Below, in pieces: positions 1-9,370 of a stretch of DNA of 62,799 nt (positions are counted from its first letter, which is position 1; every line of letters begins with the position of its first letter). The translations under genes and the position numbers were made by a program. The DNA is from an uncultured Pseudomonadales bacterium (GTDB taxonomy: Bacteria > Patescibacteriota > Microgenomatia > UBA1400 > PJMF01). The stretch is taken from assembly GCA_964457085.1 (NCBI GenBank), contig CAYWDM010000004.1:87319-150117 (forward strand). Direction: 5' to 3'. Under the pieces are notes generated by a model that worked only from the letters and a program-made list of their open reading frames with translations, ran no database searches and had not been told where the DNA came from.

Positions 1-2
1 AA

Positions 3-425
3 TTATTTAGGCAATTCGTAGCGTTCTTTGGTGAACTCGATTTTACGTCTGATTACTTCTTCAACATCGATATCCATCTCGATTGCCAAACTTATGACGC
101 AAGCGAGCACATCAGCAAATTCATCCTCAACGTTTTCGCGACTAAATTCTGCAATTTTGCTGTCACGAGATAAATTCATGCTGGTGAGAATCTCATCTGA
201 TAGTTCACCCAACTCTTCCATCACCTTCATGGTGCGAGCAAACACTCGCTGCTGATGATCTGGCAATGGCCAACGTTCATTAAAATACTTGGCAATGACA
301 CGGTATTCACTAACCAACTCGTTAATCGTCAGTGGAGATTGACCCTCACGATGGGGTTTGGCAGTTGCTAAGCCGACAGCTTCACCATCAACTGTTTGAG
401 TAAGAGGGCGATTTTGATCGGACAT
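3..425 (-). CDS. MazG-like all-alpha nucleoside triphosphate pyrophosphohydrolase
   Basis: Complete 140-aa ORF. The acidic helix pair EELGELSDE ... EDEFADVLACVISLA is typical of MazG-type NTP-PPase metal-binding helices. Confidence 0.7.
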   Translation of the reverse strand: MSDQNRPLTQTVDGEAVGLATAKPHREGQSPLTINELVSEYRVIAKYFNERWPLPDHQQRVFARTMKVMEELGELSDEILTSMNLSRDSKIAEFSRENVEDEFADVLACVISLAIEMDIDVEEVIRRKIEFTKERYELPK

Positions 426-437
426 AGGTGTGCCTTT

Positions 438-2252
438 TTATTTGCGTTGATGTTTGCTACGCTCGTTTCGAGTTAAGTACCGTTTACGAATACGCAAGTT
501 CAATGGAGTAACCTCCATCAATTCATCTTCTTCAATAAAGTCTAATGCCTGTTCCAAACTCAAATCAAGTGGTTGATCAAGTGGAATCATGATATCGGCG
601 TTGGAACGGAAGTTGGTCAAATGTTTGGCCTTACAAACGTTGTACTCCATATCATCTTGTTGTTTGTTGAGACCAACCAACATACCTTCGTAAATATCAG
701 CACCTGGACTCACCAATGGGATGCCACGCTCTTGCAAACCTTCCAATGCATAACTGGTTGAGGTTCCAGAATTGGTGGCGATAATTCCACCGTTTCGCAT
801 CTTTGATGCATGCTCCATCAATGGGTAATAGCCCATAAATCTAGTTGAAAACAGTCCATTACCTCGAGTTTTGGTCAAGATACTACTTCTGAAACCGAGG
901 AGATTACGACTGGAAATCTTAAAAACTAAATGAGCGACACCTTTTTCATTAGTAAAACTATCCATTAGCTCAGCTTTACGTCGACCTAACTCCTGCGAAA
1001 TCACACCTAAGAAATCTTTATCAATATCAATGGTTAACTCTTCAACAGGTTCACTGTTTTTGCCATCAACTTCCTTAAGAATAACTTGTGGCTTACCAAC
1101 TTCAAGTTCATAGCCTTCACGACGCATAGTCTCGATGAGAACTGCTAAGTGCAGCTCACCACGACCCGCGACCATGTAGCCGCCGCCCACTGCACCTGAC
1201 TCTATACGCAGACCAATGTTCACTTTTTTCTCTCGATTGAGACGTTCTTCGATTTGACGAATTGTACCAAATTTGCCTTCCTTACCTGCAAAAGGTGAAG
1301 TGTTGGCATTAACTTGGATTTTTAGTGTTGGCTCTGTTAGTTTGATCAATGGATAGCCAGTAAGATCACTAGGATCACTAAAAGTGTATCCAATCTCAAC
1401 TCCTTCAATGCCTGTGAGTGCAATAATGTCACCCGGTTGACTCTCAACTACTTCAGCTCGGTCAAGACCTTTGCTCTCCATAACAAACTGGGGAACTTTG
1501 TAGCCAATCAGGGTGTTTTCTGCCATCAAGGCAATACGTTGACCTTTTTTGACACTACCTTGGCGAACTTTGCCAATGGCATACGTGCCTTTATAGGTAT
1601 CAAAATCTAAGTTGGAAACCTGCATTTTGAATGGTAAAGTAGGATTGGCTTCTGGAGGAGGAACGGTCTCGATAATCTGCTCGAAAACTGCCCGAAGATC
1701 AATCTCTTCTTCCATGTCAGCTGGATATTGTTTCCAAGCTTTACCTTGACGACCAATGGCGTAGAGCACTGGGAAATTAAGCTGTGATTCATCATCAACC
1801 AAGGTTAAAAACAATTCTTCAATTTGGCGAAGCACCCGATCAGGCTCAGCATCTTTACGGTCAATTTTGTTGACCATGACAATCATTTTTAGCTTTTGCT
1901 TAATGGCTTGTTCGAGCACAAACTTGGTTTGTGGCAAAGGACCCTCAGCCGCATCGACCAACAAAATGGCACCATCTGCCATACTAATCACTCGCTCTAC
2001 CTCACCACCAAAATCTGCATGACCTGGAGTATCGATAATATTAATCTTGAAATCCTCGAAAAACACCGCAGTGTTTTTGGCCAAAATAGTAATACCTTTT
2101 TCTCGCTCCAAATCATTCTTATCAAGAATGGTGGTTTGAGTCATCTCTGACTGGTTGTCACGAAAGGTATGAGTTTGCTTCAACAAACCATCAATAAGGG
2201 TAGTTTTGCCATGATCGACATGAGCAATAATGGCGACGTTACGAATTTGCAT
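438..2252 (-). CDS. typA: Translational GTPase TypA/BipA
   Basis: 604 aa. The N-terminus IRNVAIIAHVDHGKTTL (G1), DTPGHADFGGE (G3) and NKIDR (G4), plus the length and domain order, match EF-G-like BipA. Confidence 0.95.
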   Translation of the reverse strand: MQIRNVAIIAHVDHGKTTLIDGLLKQTHTFRDNQSEMTQTTILDKNDLEREKGITILAKNTAVFFEDFKINIIDTPGHADFGGEVERVISMADGAILLVDAAEGPLPQTKFVLEQAIKQKLKMIVMVNKIDRKDAEPDRVLRQIEELFLTLVDDESQLNFPVLYAIGRQGKAWKQYPADMEEEIDLRAVFEQIIETVPPPEANPTLPFKMQVSNLDFDTYKGTYAIGKVRQGSVKKGQRIALMAENTLIGYKVPQFVMESKGLDRAEVVESQPGDIIALTGIEGVEIGYTFSDPSDLTGYPLIKLTEPTLKIQVNANTSPFAGKEGKFGTIRQIEERLNREKKVNIGLRIESGAVGGGYMVAGRGELHLAVLIETMRREGYELEVGKPQVILKEVDGKNSEPVEELTIDIDKDFLGVISQELGRRKAELMDSFTNEKGVAHLVFKISSRNLLGFRSSILTKTRGNGLFSTRFMGYYPLMEHASKMRNGGIIATNSGTSTSYALEGLQERGIPLVSPGADIYEGMLVGLNKQQDDMEYNVCKAKHLTNFRSNADIMIPLDQPLDLSLEQALDFIEEDELMEVTPLNLRIRKRYLTRNERSKHQRK

Positions 2253-2523
2253 GAATAATTTCCGATTCCGATATTTTGTATTGTTCTTGACTCAGGCCAC
2301 ATCCATATCGAAGCAGAAAAATGCAGGGATTAGGCAAGCTAAAGTTAGACTGGCAATTATAACCCAAACTTGACTAAAAAACTAGTTCAAGTGCATGATT
2401 AACTGTTTTAGTCTTCTCTCATAGAATTTGCAGTTTTTGAGCAGAATAGTACCCCTCAACACAACTCATGATCTTATGAGAAAATAACTCTAGATTACAT
2501 ATATTTATTCAATTGCACCTCAA

Positions 2524-3591
2524 ATGACCCAGAACTCCATCACACCCGCGAGCGAAGGCAAGATTCTCAAAGTACTTGAAACAGGTATTCGGTCGTCTAG
2601 CGAAGACAGCGGAAAAACCGAGTATCAAAAACTCCAAGTCCAAATTACTCGAGGTGATAAAACTGGTGAGATGATAACTCTTGAAGTTAGCCAGGCTCAG
2701 GGCTCGACTGCAATCTACAAACCAGGCGACAAAGTTGTACTTACTCAGGTTCAGCAACCAGATGGAAAAGATGTTTATGCAATCACTGATTTTGTCCGAA
2801 CAGACGCATTATTTTCACTCACAATATTGTTTGTGTTCTCAGTAATCGCAGTCAGTCGCTGGCGAGGATTTTTGTCAATCATAGCCATGTGCATATCTTT
2901 TGCAGTGATTTTTACCTTGACTTTGCCAATGATCATGTCGGGCTGGCATCCAGTTTTTGTTTCAATAATTACCGCCACTCTAATTATTCCCATTACTTTT
3001 TATCTCTCTCATGGGTGGAGTCGTAAAACACACATCGCCATCATCGGCACTGTGTTGTCGTTGTTGGTAACCAGTCTTCTCGCTTGGATGTATATCTCGC
3101 TTGGAAAACTCAGTGGTATGTCGTCTGAAGAGGCAGGGTTTTTAAGTGTGGAGAAACAAGGAGCAATTAATCTTAAGAACTTAATCATGGCAGGGGTAAT
3201 TGTGGGCTCTCTCGGTATTTTAGATGATGTTACCGTTTCACAGGTTTCCGTTGTTGAACAACTCAAAGCCAGTAATCAAAAACTCGGTTTTGGCGAGTTA
3301 TTTAAACGTGCTATGGCGGTTGGACAAGATCACATTTCATCAATGGTAAACACATTGGTGTTGGTATACGCAGGGGCATCTTTGCCACTGCTGCTGCTAT
3401 TTATCAACACTCCCCATCCATTTCTTGAAATCGTTAACTATGAAATTATTGCTGAAGAAATTATCAAAACTTTAGTGGGCAGCATTGGCATAGTTTTTGC
3501 CGCACCCACTACAACTCTGATTGCTGCATTTGTTTACAGTTTGTTGCAGGTACCACCATCAAAAGCCATCACGAATGAACATCACCACTAA
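2524..3591 (+). CDS. YibE/F-like integral membrane protein
   Basis: 355 aa. A soluble N-terminal domain of about 90 aa is followed by multiple TM helices, an architecture and spacing typical of the YibE/F family. Recognised by eye only. Confidence 0.6.
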   Translation: MTQNSITPASEGKILKVLETGIRSSSEDSGKTEYQKLQVQITRGDKTGEMITLEVSQAQGSTAIYKPGDKVVLTQVQQPDGKDVYAITDFVRTDALFSLTILFVFSVIAVSRWRGFLSIIAMCISFAVIFTLTLPMIMSGWHPVFVSIITATLIIPITFYLSHGWSRKTHIAIIGTVLSLLVTSLLAWMYISLGKLSGMSSEEAGFLSVEKQGAINLKNLIMAGVIVGSLGILDDVTVSQVSVVEQLKASNQKLGFGELFKRAMAVGQDHISSMVNTLVLVYAGASLPLLLLFINTPHPFLEIVNYEIIAEEIIKTLVGSIGIVFAAPTTTLIAAFVYSLLQVPPSKAITNEHHH

Positions 3592-4466
3592 AGAATTACG
3601 CTGTCATCGGCATCAATGGCACTGTCAGTGAGTAAATAGAGGTCTTTTCCCTGATCACTTGTTCCTACAAATTCACCCTCTCCCTTAATTACCCGTTCAA
3701 GTGGCTTGCAAGTGTTACAACCAAGATCACCATTGGGACAACGAAAACGATTTAACTGTCGAGCTAATTTCACCTGTTTGGCAAGTGACAAGATAGTATC
3801 AAGAGACTGAACCGGATTTGGGAGTGGTTTCTCGATTGGAGCATCAGCAAAATCAAGATACCAATAGCTAGCACCTACTACGGGTCTTTTTTGACAACGA
3901 CTTGCCAATAAATAATAAATTGGCAACTGTAGTGAATTTGGATCTTCCTCAGATTTACTGGTTTTAAAATCCAGAATACTGACACTGTCACTGTCTGGCA
4001 AATACTCTAACCAATCAATCTTGCCACATAAAATTATGTTTTCTGATTCTGACAGCCAAAACTGTGGCAATTCAGATTTGATTTTGATCGATAATCGCTT
4101 CAATGGCCCTGGGTTTGTTGCGGCACGCTGTAGCATCGCAATGCCTCGCTGTTTATACAACTCTTCGGTAGCTAAACTGGTAAATCCACCTTTTTTTCCA
4201 GTATTTTTTGGCCAAACTCGCTCAAATTTTGCCAGTAATGACTCATCAAAACGTGAAGTTGTGGGAATTAGTGAGAGTGATTCAACCACCTCATGTACTG
4301 CTAACCCAAGACTCAAGGCAGGTGACACTACTTGCAGTTTATGACCAGTCTTTGGATCTTTATACACATTTTTGAGGTAATATGCTCGAGGACAACGAGT
4401 AAAATCAGCAAGCGAAGTGTGTGAAACCCATACGGCAGAATATTTATCGGGAGTGGACATACCCAT
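3588..4466 (-). CDS. PD-(D/E)XK nuclease, Cas4/AddB-like with Cys cluster
   Basis: 292 aa. The nuclease core is GKIDW ... ILDFKTSK (D ... (D/E)xK). One N-terminal Cys (CPRAYY) plus the C-terminal CPNGDLGCNTC match the Cas4/AddB Fe-S arrangement. Confidence 0.7.
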   Translation of the reverse strand: MGMSTPDKYSAVWVSHTSLADFTRCPRAYYLKNVYKDPKTGHKLQVVSPALSLGLAVHEVVESLSLIPTTSRFDESLLAKFERVWPKNTGKKGGFTSLATEELYKQRGIAMLQRAATNPGPLKRLSIKIKSELPQFWLSESENIILCGKIDWLEYLPDSDSVSILDFKTSKSEEDPNSLQLPIYYLLASRCQKRPVVGASYWYLDFADAPIEKPLPNPVQSLDTILSLAKQVKLARQLNRFRCPNGDLGCNTCKPLERVIKGEGEFVGTSDQGKDLYLLTDSAIDADDSVIL

Positions 4467-4534
4467 TAGTATACCGAATGTCTAGCAAGTACCAAGGGTT
4501 GGAATTCTGGGTATCTTTTTTTAGTGGGAAAAGG

Positions 4535-5671
4535 TCAGTTTCCTGCCGCAATCAATTTTGAGTAGATCTCGATATGCTTGCGTACTACTGGCTCAATATC
4601 AAAAATTTTAACGTGTTCGACACACCATTTGGCTAGCTTTGCTCTACGCTTACGATTAGTCACTAATGATTTAATTGCTCGTGCGAAAACTCGAGGTTTG
4701 GTTGGGTCTAAAATGAGGTCAGTCGCTGGATAGTCACCCATAGTCTCCACATATCCCGCATTGCGTCCACAAATAATTGGAGCTCCCGCAGCCATTGCTT
4801 CGGTTAAAACAATCCCAAAGCTTTCTCCAGAAAGAGATGGTGCCACAAAAATATCACCATGTTGCAAAAAAGCAATTTTTTCTTCTTCTGATAATCGTCC
4901 ATGCATAACCACAGTGTCATGTAAATCAAACTCAGCAATATACTGCAAGCCTTCTGCTTCAAGCGGACCAACTCCGATCACATGCAATAGCAACTGATCA
5001 CGCACTGGTTTTGAGAGTGCTTTAATTGCACTCAGTAACTGTAAAAAACCTTTTCGCTTGTCAAGCCTACCCACAAACACCAAGTTACAACGATCTGTAG
5101 CTAGACCATTTGGACGTAGCCGAGGTCGGCTGTAGTGCTGAATGTTAATCGGACTGGGAATTACCTGGGTGTTTTTGTCTGCAAAATAGCGTTCGCTTTG
5201 TAGTGCGGTTTTTGAAATTGCCACGGTACTTAACAATTTTTGTTTTAAGTTTTTTACCAATAACTCAAAAATCGGAATCACGTTTTCAACGGGAGAGTCT
5301 TTTTCCCATCCTGACAGTAATGTGGCCATGTTAATCACTGGTGATGCTTCGAGCAATTGCCATGATGCAAACGGCACCACTAAGGCATGAAAGTGCAAAA
5401 TATCAATTTTATGTTTTTTTACCAAAGCAGCCAGCTCGACTTTTGATTGAGTAGTCACACTGTAGTCATTCCATGAACCATTTAGGTTGGGCAACACCAC
5501 TGCGTTCCCCAGTTGGACGTGATTTTTTGGCAACAGTGGAGTATCTGCGGGAGCCGGAGAAAAATAAACTATTTCGACGCCATGAGCTTCTAGTGCTTCA
5601 CCAAGCATGAGCACATGTCGCTGTACCCCACCGACAAATGACAACATGGGACAAACGAGTCCGATTCTCAT
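4535..5671 (-). CDS. GT-B glycosyltransferase (family 4/1-like)
   Basis: 378 aa. The C-terminal GESFGIVLTEAMAAGAPII block is the EX7E-type motif of retaining GT4 enzymes. Confidence 0.8.
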   Translation of the reverse strand: MRIGLVCPMLSFVGGVQRHVLMLGEALEAHGVEIVYFSPAPADTPLLPKNHVQLGNAVVLPNLNGSWNDYSVTTQSKVELAALVKKHKIDILHFHALVVPFASWQLLEASPVINMATLLSGWEKDSPVENVIPIFELLVKNLKQKLLSTVAISKTALQSERYFADKNTQVIPSPINIQHYSRPRLRPNGLATDRCNLVFVGRLDKRKGFLQLLSAIKALSKPVRDQLLLHVIGVGPLEAEGLQYIAEFDLHDTVVMHGRLSEEEKIAFLQHGDIFVAPSLSGESFGIVLTEAMAAGAPIICGRNAGYVETMGDYPATDLILDPTKPRVFARAIKSLVTNRKRRAKLAKWCVEHVKIFDIEPVVRKHIEIYSKLIAAGN

Positions 5672-6447
5672 GCCTCTTTCGCTTCATCCTTCAATTTGTA
5701 GAGCAACTTCACCTCGGTGGAGTTAAGCATTCGTGATTCACCCACTCTCAGTCCGCCCAGTTGAATCTGTCCAATGGCCACACGCTTAAGTTTGGCAACT
5801 TCCAGATCTACTTGTGGCATCATTCGGCGAATTTGGCGACTTCGACCTTCGTACAAGGTAATGGTCAAAGCTGCTTTGCGTGATCGCAACATGGTGCTGA
5901 CAATATCTGTAGGTGCAGTCAAGCCATCTGTTAACTTTACTCCATTTCGTAGCTTGTTTAACTTGCGTGGAGTCACCTCACCAGTCACCCAAACATGGTA
6001 GGTTTTGGGCACATGATATCGGGGGTGAGTTAATAAGTTGGTTAATTCTCCATCGTTGGTCAGTAGCAACATTCCTTCAGATTCAATGTCGAGACGGCCA
6101 ACAGGATACAAGCGTTGTTTGCTTTTAATTAATGAAACTGCTGTAGGACGACGCTCAGGATCAGTGACAGTTGAAACATATCCGCGCGGTTTATTAACAA
6201 TCCAATATTCAAGTGGTACGTCAGTTTGGTGATTTAATTTCTTACCATCAAACTGAATTTCATCCTCAAACGCAACCAGTTGTCCGACAACAGCCACTTT
6301 TTCATTGACCAAAATCCTACCTTCAACGATTAATTCATCTGCTTTCCTTCGAGAAGTTACGCCTAAATCAGCAAGATATTTATTCAATCTAATTTTGACT
6401 GCTTTTGTGTTACTCTGGCTAGTGGTTTTGGATACTGATTGAGTCAT
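5668..6447 (-). CDS. rluB: Pseudouridine synthase, RsuA/RluB family with S4 domain
   Basis: S4 domain (IRLNKYLADLGVTSRRKADELI) plus the catalytic VGRLDIESEGMLLLTNDGEL. The start was moved to the internal ATG at 6445-6447, just after the upp stop. The 5' extension of the tracked ORF overlaps upp. Confidence 0.85.
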   Translation of the reverse strand: MTQSVSKTTSQSNTKAVKIRLNKYLADLGVTSRRKADELIVEGRILVNEKVAVVGQLVAFEDEIQFDGKKLNHQTDVPLEYWIVNKPRGYVSTVTDPERRPTAVSLIKSKQRLYPVGRLDIESEGMLLLTNDGELTNLLTHPRYHVPKTYHVWVTGEVTPRKLNKLRNGVKLTDGLTAPTDIVSTMLRSRKAALTITLYEGRSRQIRRMMPQVDLEVAKLKRVAIGQIQLGGLRVGESRMLNSTEVKLLYKLKDEAKEA

Positions 6448-6451
6448 GTAG

Positions 6452-7090
6452 CTATAGTGTACCAAAATATCGATCACCATAGTCACCCAAGCCAGGAACG
6501 ATATATTTTTGGTCATTTAATTTCACATCAACCGCAGCAGTGGTAATCTGAACGTTTGGAAATTCAGCCTGGATCGCAGTGATTCCTTCTGGAGCAGCGA
6601 TTACACACACAATTCGAATTTCCTTAGGATTTTCCTTGATTACTCGGCGAAGTAAATGCAATAGTGAGCCGCCTGTTGCCAACATCGGATCAGTCACAAT
6701 CACTACACTTTGTGGAGTAATAGGTGGTAACTTCCAATAATACTCACTGGCAACGGCAGTTTTTTCATCACGTGCCAATCCCACAAAACCAACTTTTGAT
6801 TTTGGCAGCAATTGCATGGCACCAAACAACATCGCAATTCCAGAGCGTAGGACTGGAACTACGATTACTTCATCTGCAAGTTTGGAGACCATAATTGAGG
6901 TGAGTGGCGTTTGAATCTGCTCCTCTCGAAAATCAAGCCCTCGAACTGCCTCAGAGAACAACAATTGACACAGTTTGTCGGAATGATGTCTGAATTTTTG
7001 TAGTTTTGTGTCCCGGTCTCGCAAATGACTCAGTGAATCAACAGCAAATGGATGATCTACGATAGTAACTGTACTTGAGTTATATGCCAT
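6452..7090 (-). CDS. upp: Uracil phosphoribosyltransferase
   Basis: 212 aa. PRPP-binding loop VIVTDPMLATGGS and the C-terminal GLGDYGDRYFGT typical of Upp. Confidence 0.9.
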   Translation of the reverse strand: MAYNSSTVTIVDHPFAVDSLSHLRDRDTKLQKFRHHSDKLCQLLFSEAVRGLDFREEQIQTPLTSIMVSKLADEVIVVPVLRSGIAMLFGAMQLLPKSKVGFVGLARDEKTAVASEYYWKLPPITPQSVVIVTDPMLATGGSLLHLLRRVIKENPKEIRIVCVIAAPEGITAIQAEFPNVQITTAAVDVKLNDQKYIVPGLGDYGDRYFGTL

Positions 7091-7105
7091 AGTTATTTTT
7101 CTAGA

Positions 7106-8365
7106 CTATATTAGCTGTAGTTTTGTAGCGACTTTTTTGAGTGCTAGTACACAGGCATCAATATCCTCCTGGGTGTGTGAAGCACTCAGTTGTAGCCTAA
7201 TCTCGTCTTTGCCAGCTGCAACTACCGGATAGTTGATACTTGTCACCAAAATACCTTCCTCAAACAAACCTTGCTTGAGTGCTTTTGATTTGGCAGCATC
7301 ACCAATTAGTAGTGGTTGAATTGGGTGCTTAGAAACAACTGCGAACTTCATGCCCATTGCTTCTATTTGCTCTCGAAGTGATTGCCAATTTTGACGCAGT
7401 TTTTTCAAGATTTCACCACCATCGACCAACAATTTATTCACAGATGCCAAGGCTGCACCTGCAGTCCCGGGAGAAATTGAGTTGGAGTAAATATATGTGG
7501 CACATGATTCACGAAGGTAATCGATTATCGGCTGACTTGCCACCACATACCCACCATCAGCACCCAATGCTTTGCCCATGGTGCCTATCAAAACGTCGGC
7601 ATTCGCACCCATTTCTTCCTCAACCCCCCTACCAGTGGCTCCACAAGCACCAATGCCGTGGCAGTCATCAACAATCAACAAAATGCCGAGTGGATACTGT
7701 GTGTCAAATTCGACAATGACCTCTCTCATGGCTTTCAAATCTTGAATTTCTCCAAGCATGCTAAATACACCATCAGTCACAATCACTGCTCGTTGTCGCT
7801 TACCAACAAATTCACTCAAAACACGTCGCAGGTCGATCAAATCCATATGCTTAAAAACCACTCGTTGTTCACTTGGTAGGTTTGCCACTCTAATGCCATC
7901 AATAATACTGCGATGGTTCAGTTCATCTGAAATCACTACCACGTCATCACTTATCAAGGTGTCCTTGCTTTGGCCACGAATCAGCGAAAAAATTACCGCC
8001 AAGTTGGCTGCAAATGCAGATGAAAAAATCATGGCATCATCACGACCGTGAAAATGTGCCAGAGCCTGTTCGAGCTCTCGATGAATGTTTAAACTACCAG
8101 AAATAAATCGTACCGCACCAGGTCCAGTTCCATACGCTTGACTTGCTTGATGCTCAGCAGCTTTTAATTCTGGGTGATGACGTAAGCCCAAATAATCATT
8201 GGAGTTAAACACTCGATATGACTTTCCGCCAATCACAGCCTGAGGAGCTGCAGTGTCACTCGGTAAAAAACCGCTAATCACTGTTTCTTGGCGTTTTGAA
8301 ATACTGGCTGCATCCAATCGCTGTACTTCCTGAGTAAGTAAATCAATGAAGTTTGTTTGGGACAT
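7106..8365 (-). CDS. kbl: 2-amino-3-ketobutyrate CoA ligase (glycine C-acetyltransferase), AONS family
   Basis: 419 aa. Alpha-oxoamine synthase fold motifs (NDYLGL, SGS...HRELE, PLP lysine in GTMGKALG). The kbl assignment is supported by the adjacent tdh. Confidence 0.8.
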   Translation of the reverse strand: MSQTNFIDLLTQEVQRLDAASISKRQETVISGFLPSDTAAPQAVIGGKSYRVFNSNDYLGLRHHPELKAAEHQASQAYGTGPGAVRFISGSLNIHRELEQALAHFHGRDDAMIFSSAFAANLAVIFSLIRGQSKDTLISDDVVVISDELNHRSIIDGIRVANLPSEQRVVFKHMDLIDLRRVLSEFVGKRQRAVIVTDGVFSMLGEIQDLKAMREVIVEFDTQYPLGILLIVDDCHGIGACGATGRGVEEEMGANADVLIGTMGKALGADGGYVVASQPIIDYLRESCATYIYSNSISPGTAGAALASVNKLLVDGGEILKKLRQNWQSLREQIEAMGMKFAVVSKHPIQPLLIGDAAKSKALKQGLFEEGILVTSINYPVVAAGKDEIRLQLSASHTQEDIDACVLALKKVATKLQLI

Positions 8366-8420
8366 ATCTTCCTTTTGGAATTAGTTGCTATTCACTTTTC
8401 TCGACAGAACCAATTAAAAA

Positions 8421-9365
8421 TCATTCAAGCTGAAATTTCTTCTTCAGCTCAGAGATCATTGTTGTTGTCATCTGGTTTAAATCAACTTGATGCTGCCAAC
8501 CCCAATCACTACGTGCCGCACCGTCATCAATCGACATTGGCCAAGAATCTGCGATTTTCTGACGATGATCTGGCTGATAAGTAACCACCACAGACAAATA
8601 TTTATTAATTTCGGTCGCTAGTTCTGCTGCGGAAAAACTGATGGCAGCCAAATTATAACTTGTGCGAATCTTAATTTTACTCGAATCAGCCTGCATCAAC
8701 TGAATAGTTGCCTTGACTGCATCATCCATGTACATCATTGGCAATACAGTTTCTGGGCCGACAAAACAGGTGTATTTACCAGTACGCAGACCATCATAGA
8801 AAATAGCCACTGCAAAATCAGTGGTACCACCACCTGGCTCAGCCTTCCAACTAATAATTCCTGGATACCGAAGACTGCGAACATCAACACCATATTTCAA
8901 ATGGTAATAATGACACAGATTTTCACCCGCAACTTTAGTAACCCCATACATAGTAGTAGGTTCCAACACCGTTTGTTGTGGAGTCATCTCTCTAGGAGTG
9001 GTGGGGCCAAAAGCTGCAATTGAACTTGGCCAGAATACTTTCAAGTTATAGGTAACAGCCAAATCCAACACATGTTTAAGTCCATCTACGTTTATGTGCC
9101 ATGTTAAAGTTGGATCAACTTCACCCTTTGCAGATAAAAGTGAAACTAAATGATAAATTGTGCCAATATCATGCTTCTTAATTATGGCTTCTAAAGCATT
9201 TTTGTCAGTAATATCTGCGACCTTTTCGACAATGCCAGAAAAGTCAGCTGGTACAGAATGATGACCTACTGAAATTACATTGTCACTGCCATACTCAGCC
9301 ATCAAAGCTGGTACTAACTCGCTACCAATTTGACCAAATGCACCGGTTACTAAGATTTTCTTCAT
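8421..9365 (-). CDS. tdh: L-threonine 3-dehydrogenase, SDR/epimerase-like type
   Basis: 314 aa. Rossmann motif ILVTGAFGQIGSEL, a length and N-terminus typical of short-chain (GalE-like) TDH, and a position directly upstream of kbl. Confidence 0.7.
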   Translation of the reverse strand: MKKILVTGAFGQIGSELVPALMAEYGSDNVISVGHHSVPADFSGIVEKVADITDKNALEAIIKKHDIGTIYHLVSLLSAKGEVDPTLTWHINVDGLKHVLDLAVTYNLKVFWPSSIAAFGPTTPREMTPQQTVLEPTTMYGVTKVAGENLCHYYHLKYGVDVRSLRYPGIISWKAEPGGGTTDFAVAIFYDGLRTGKYTCFVGPETVLPMMYMDDAVKATIQLMQADSSKIKIRTSYNLAAISFSAAELATEINKYLSVVVTYQPDHRQKIADSWPMSIDDGAARSDWGWQHQVDLNQMTTTMISELKKKFQLE

Positions 9366-9370
9366 AAGAG

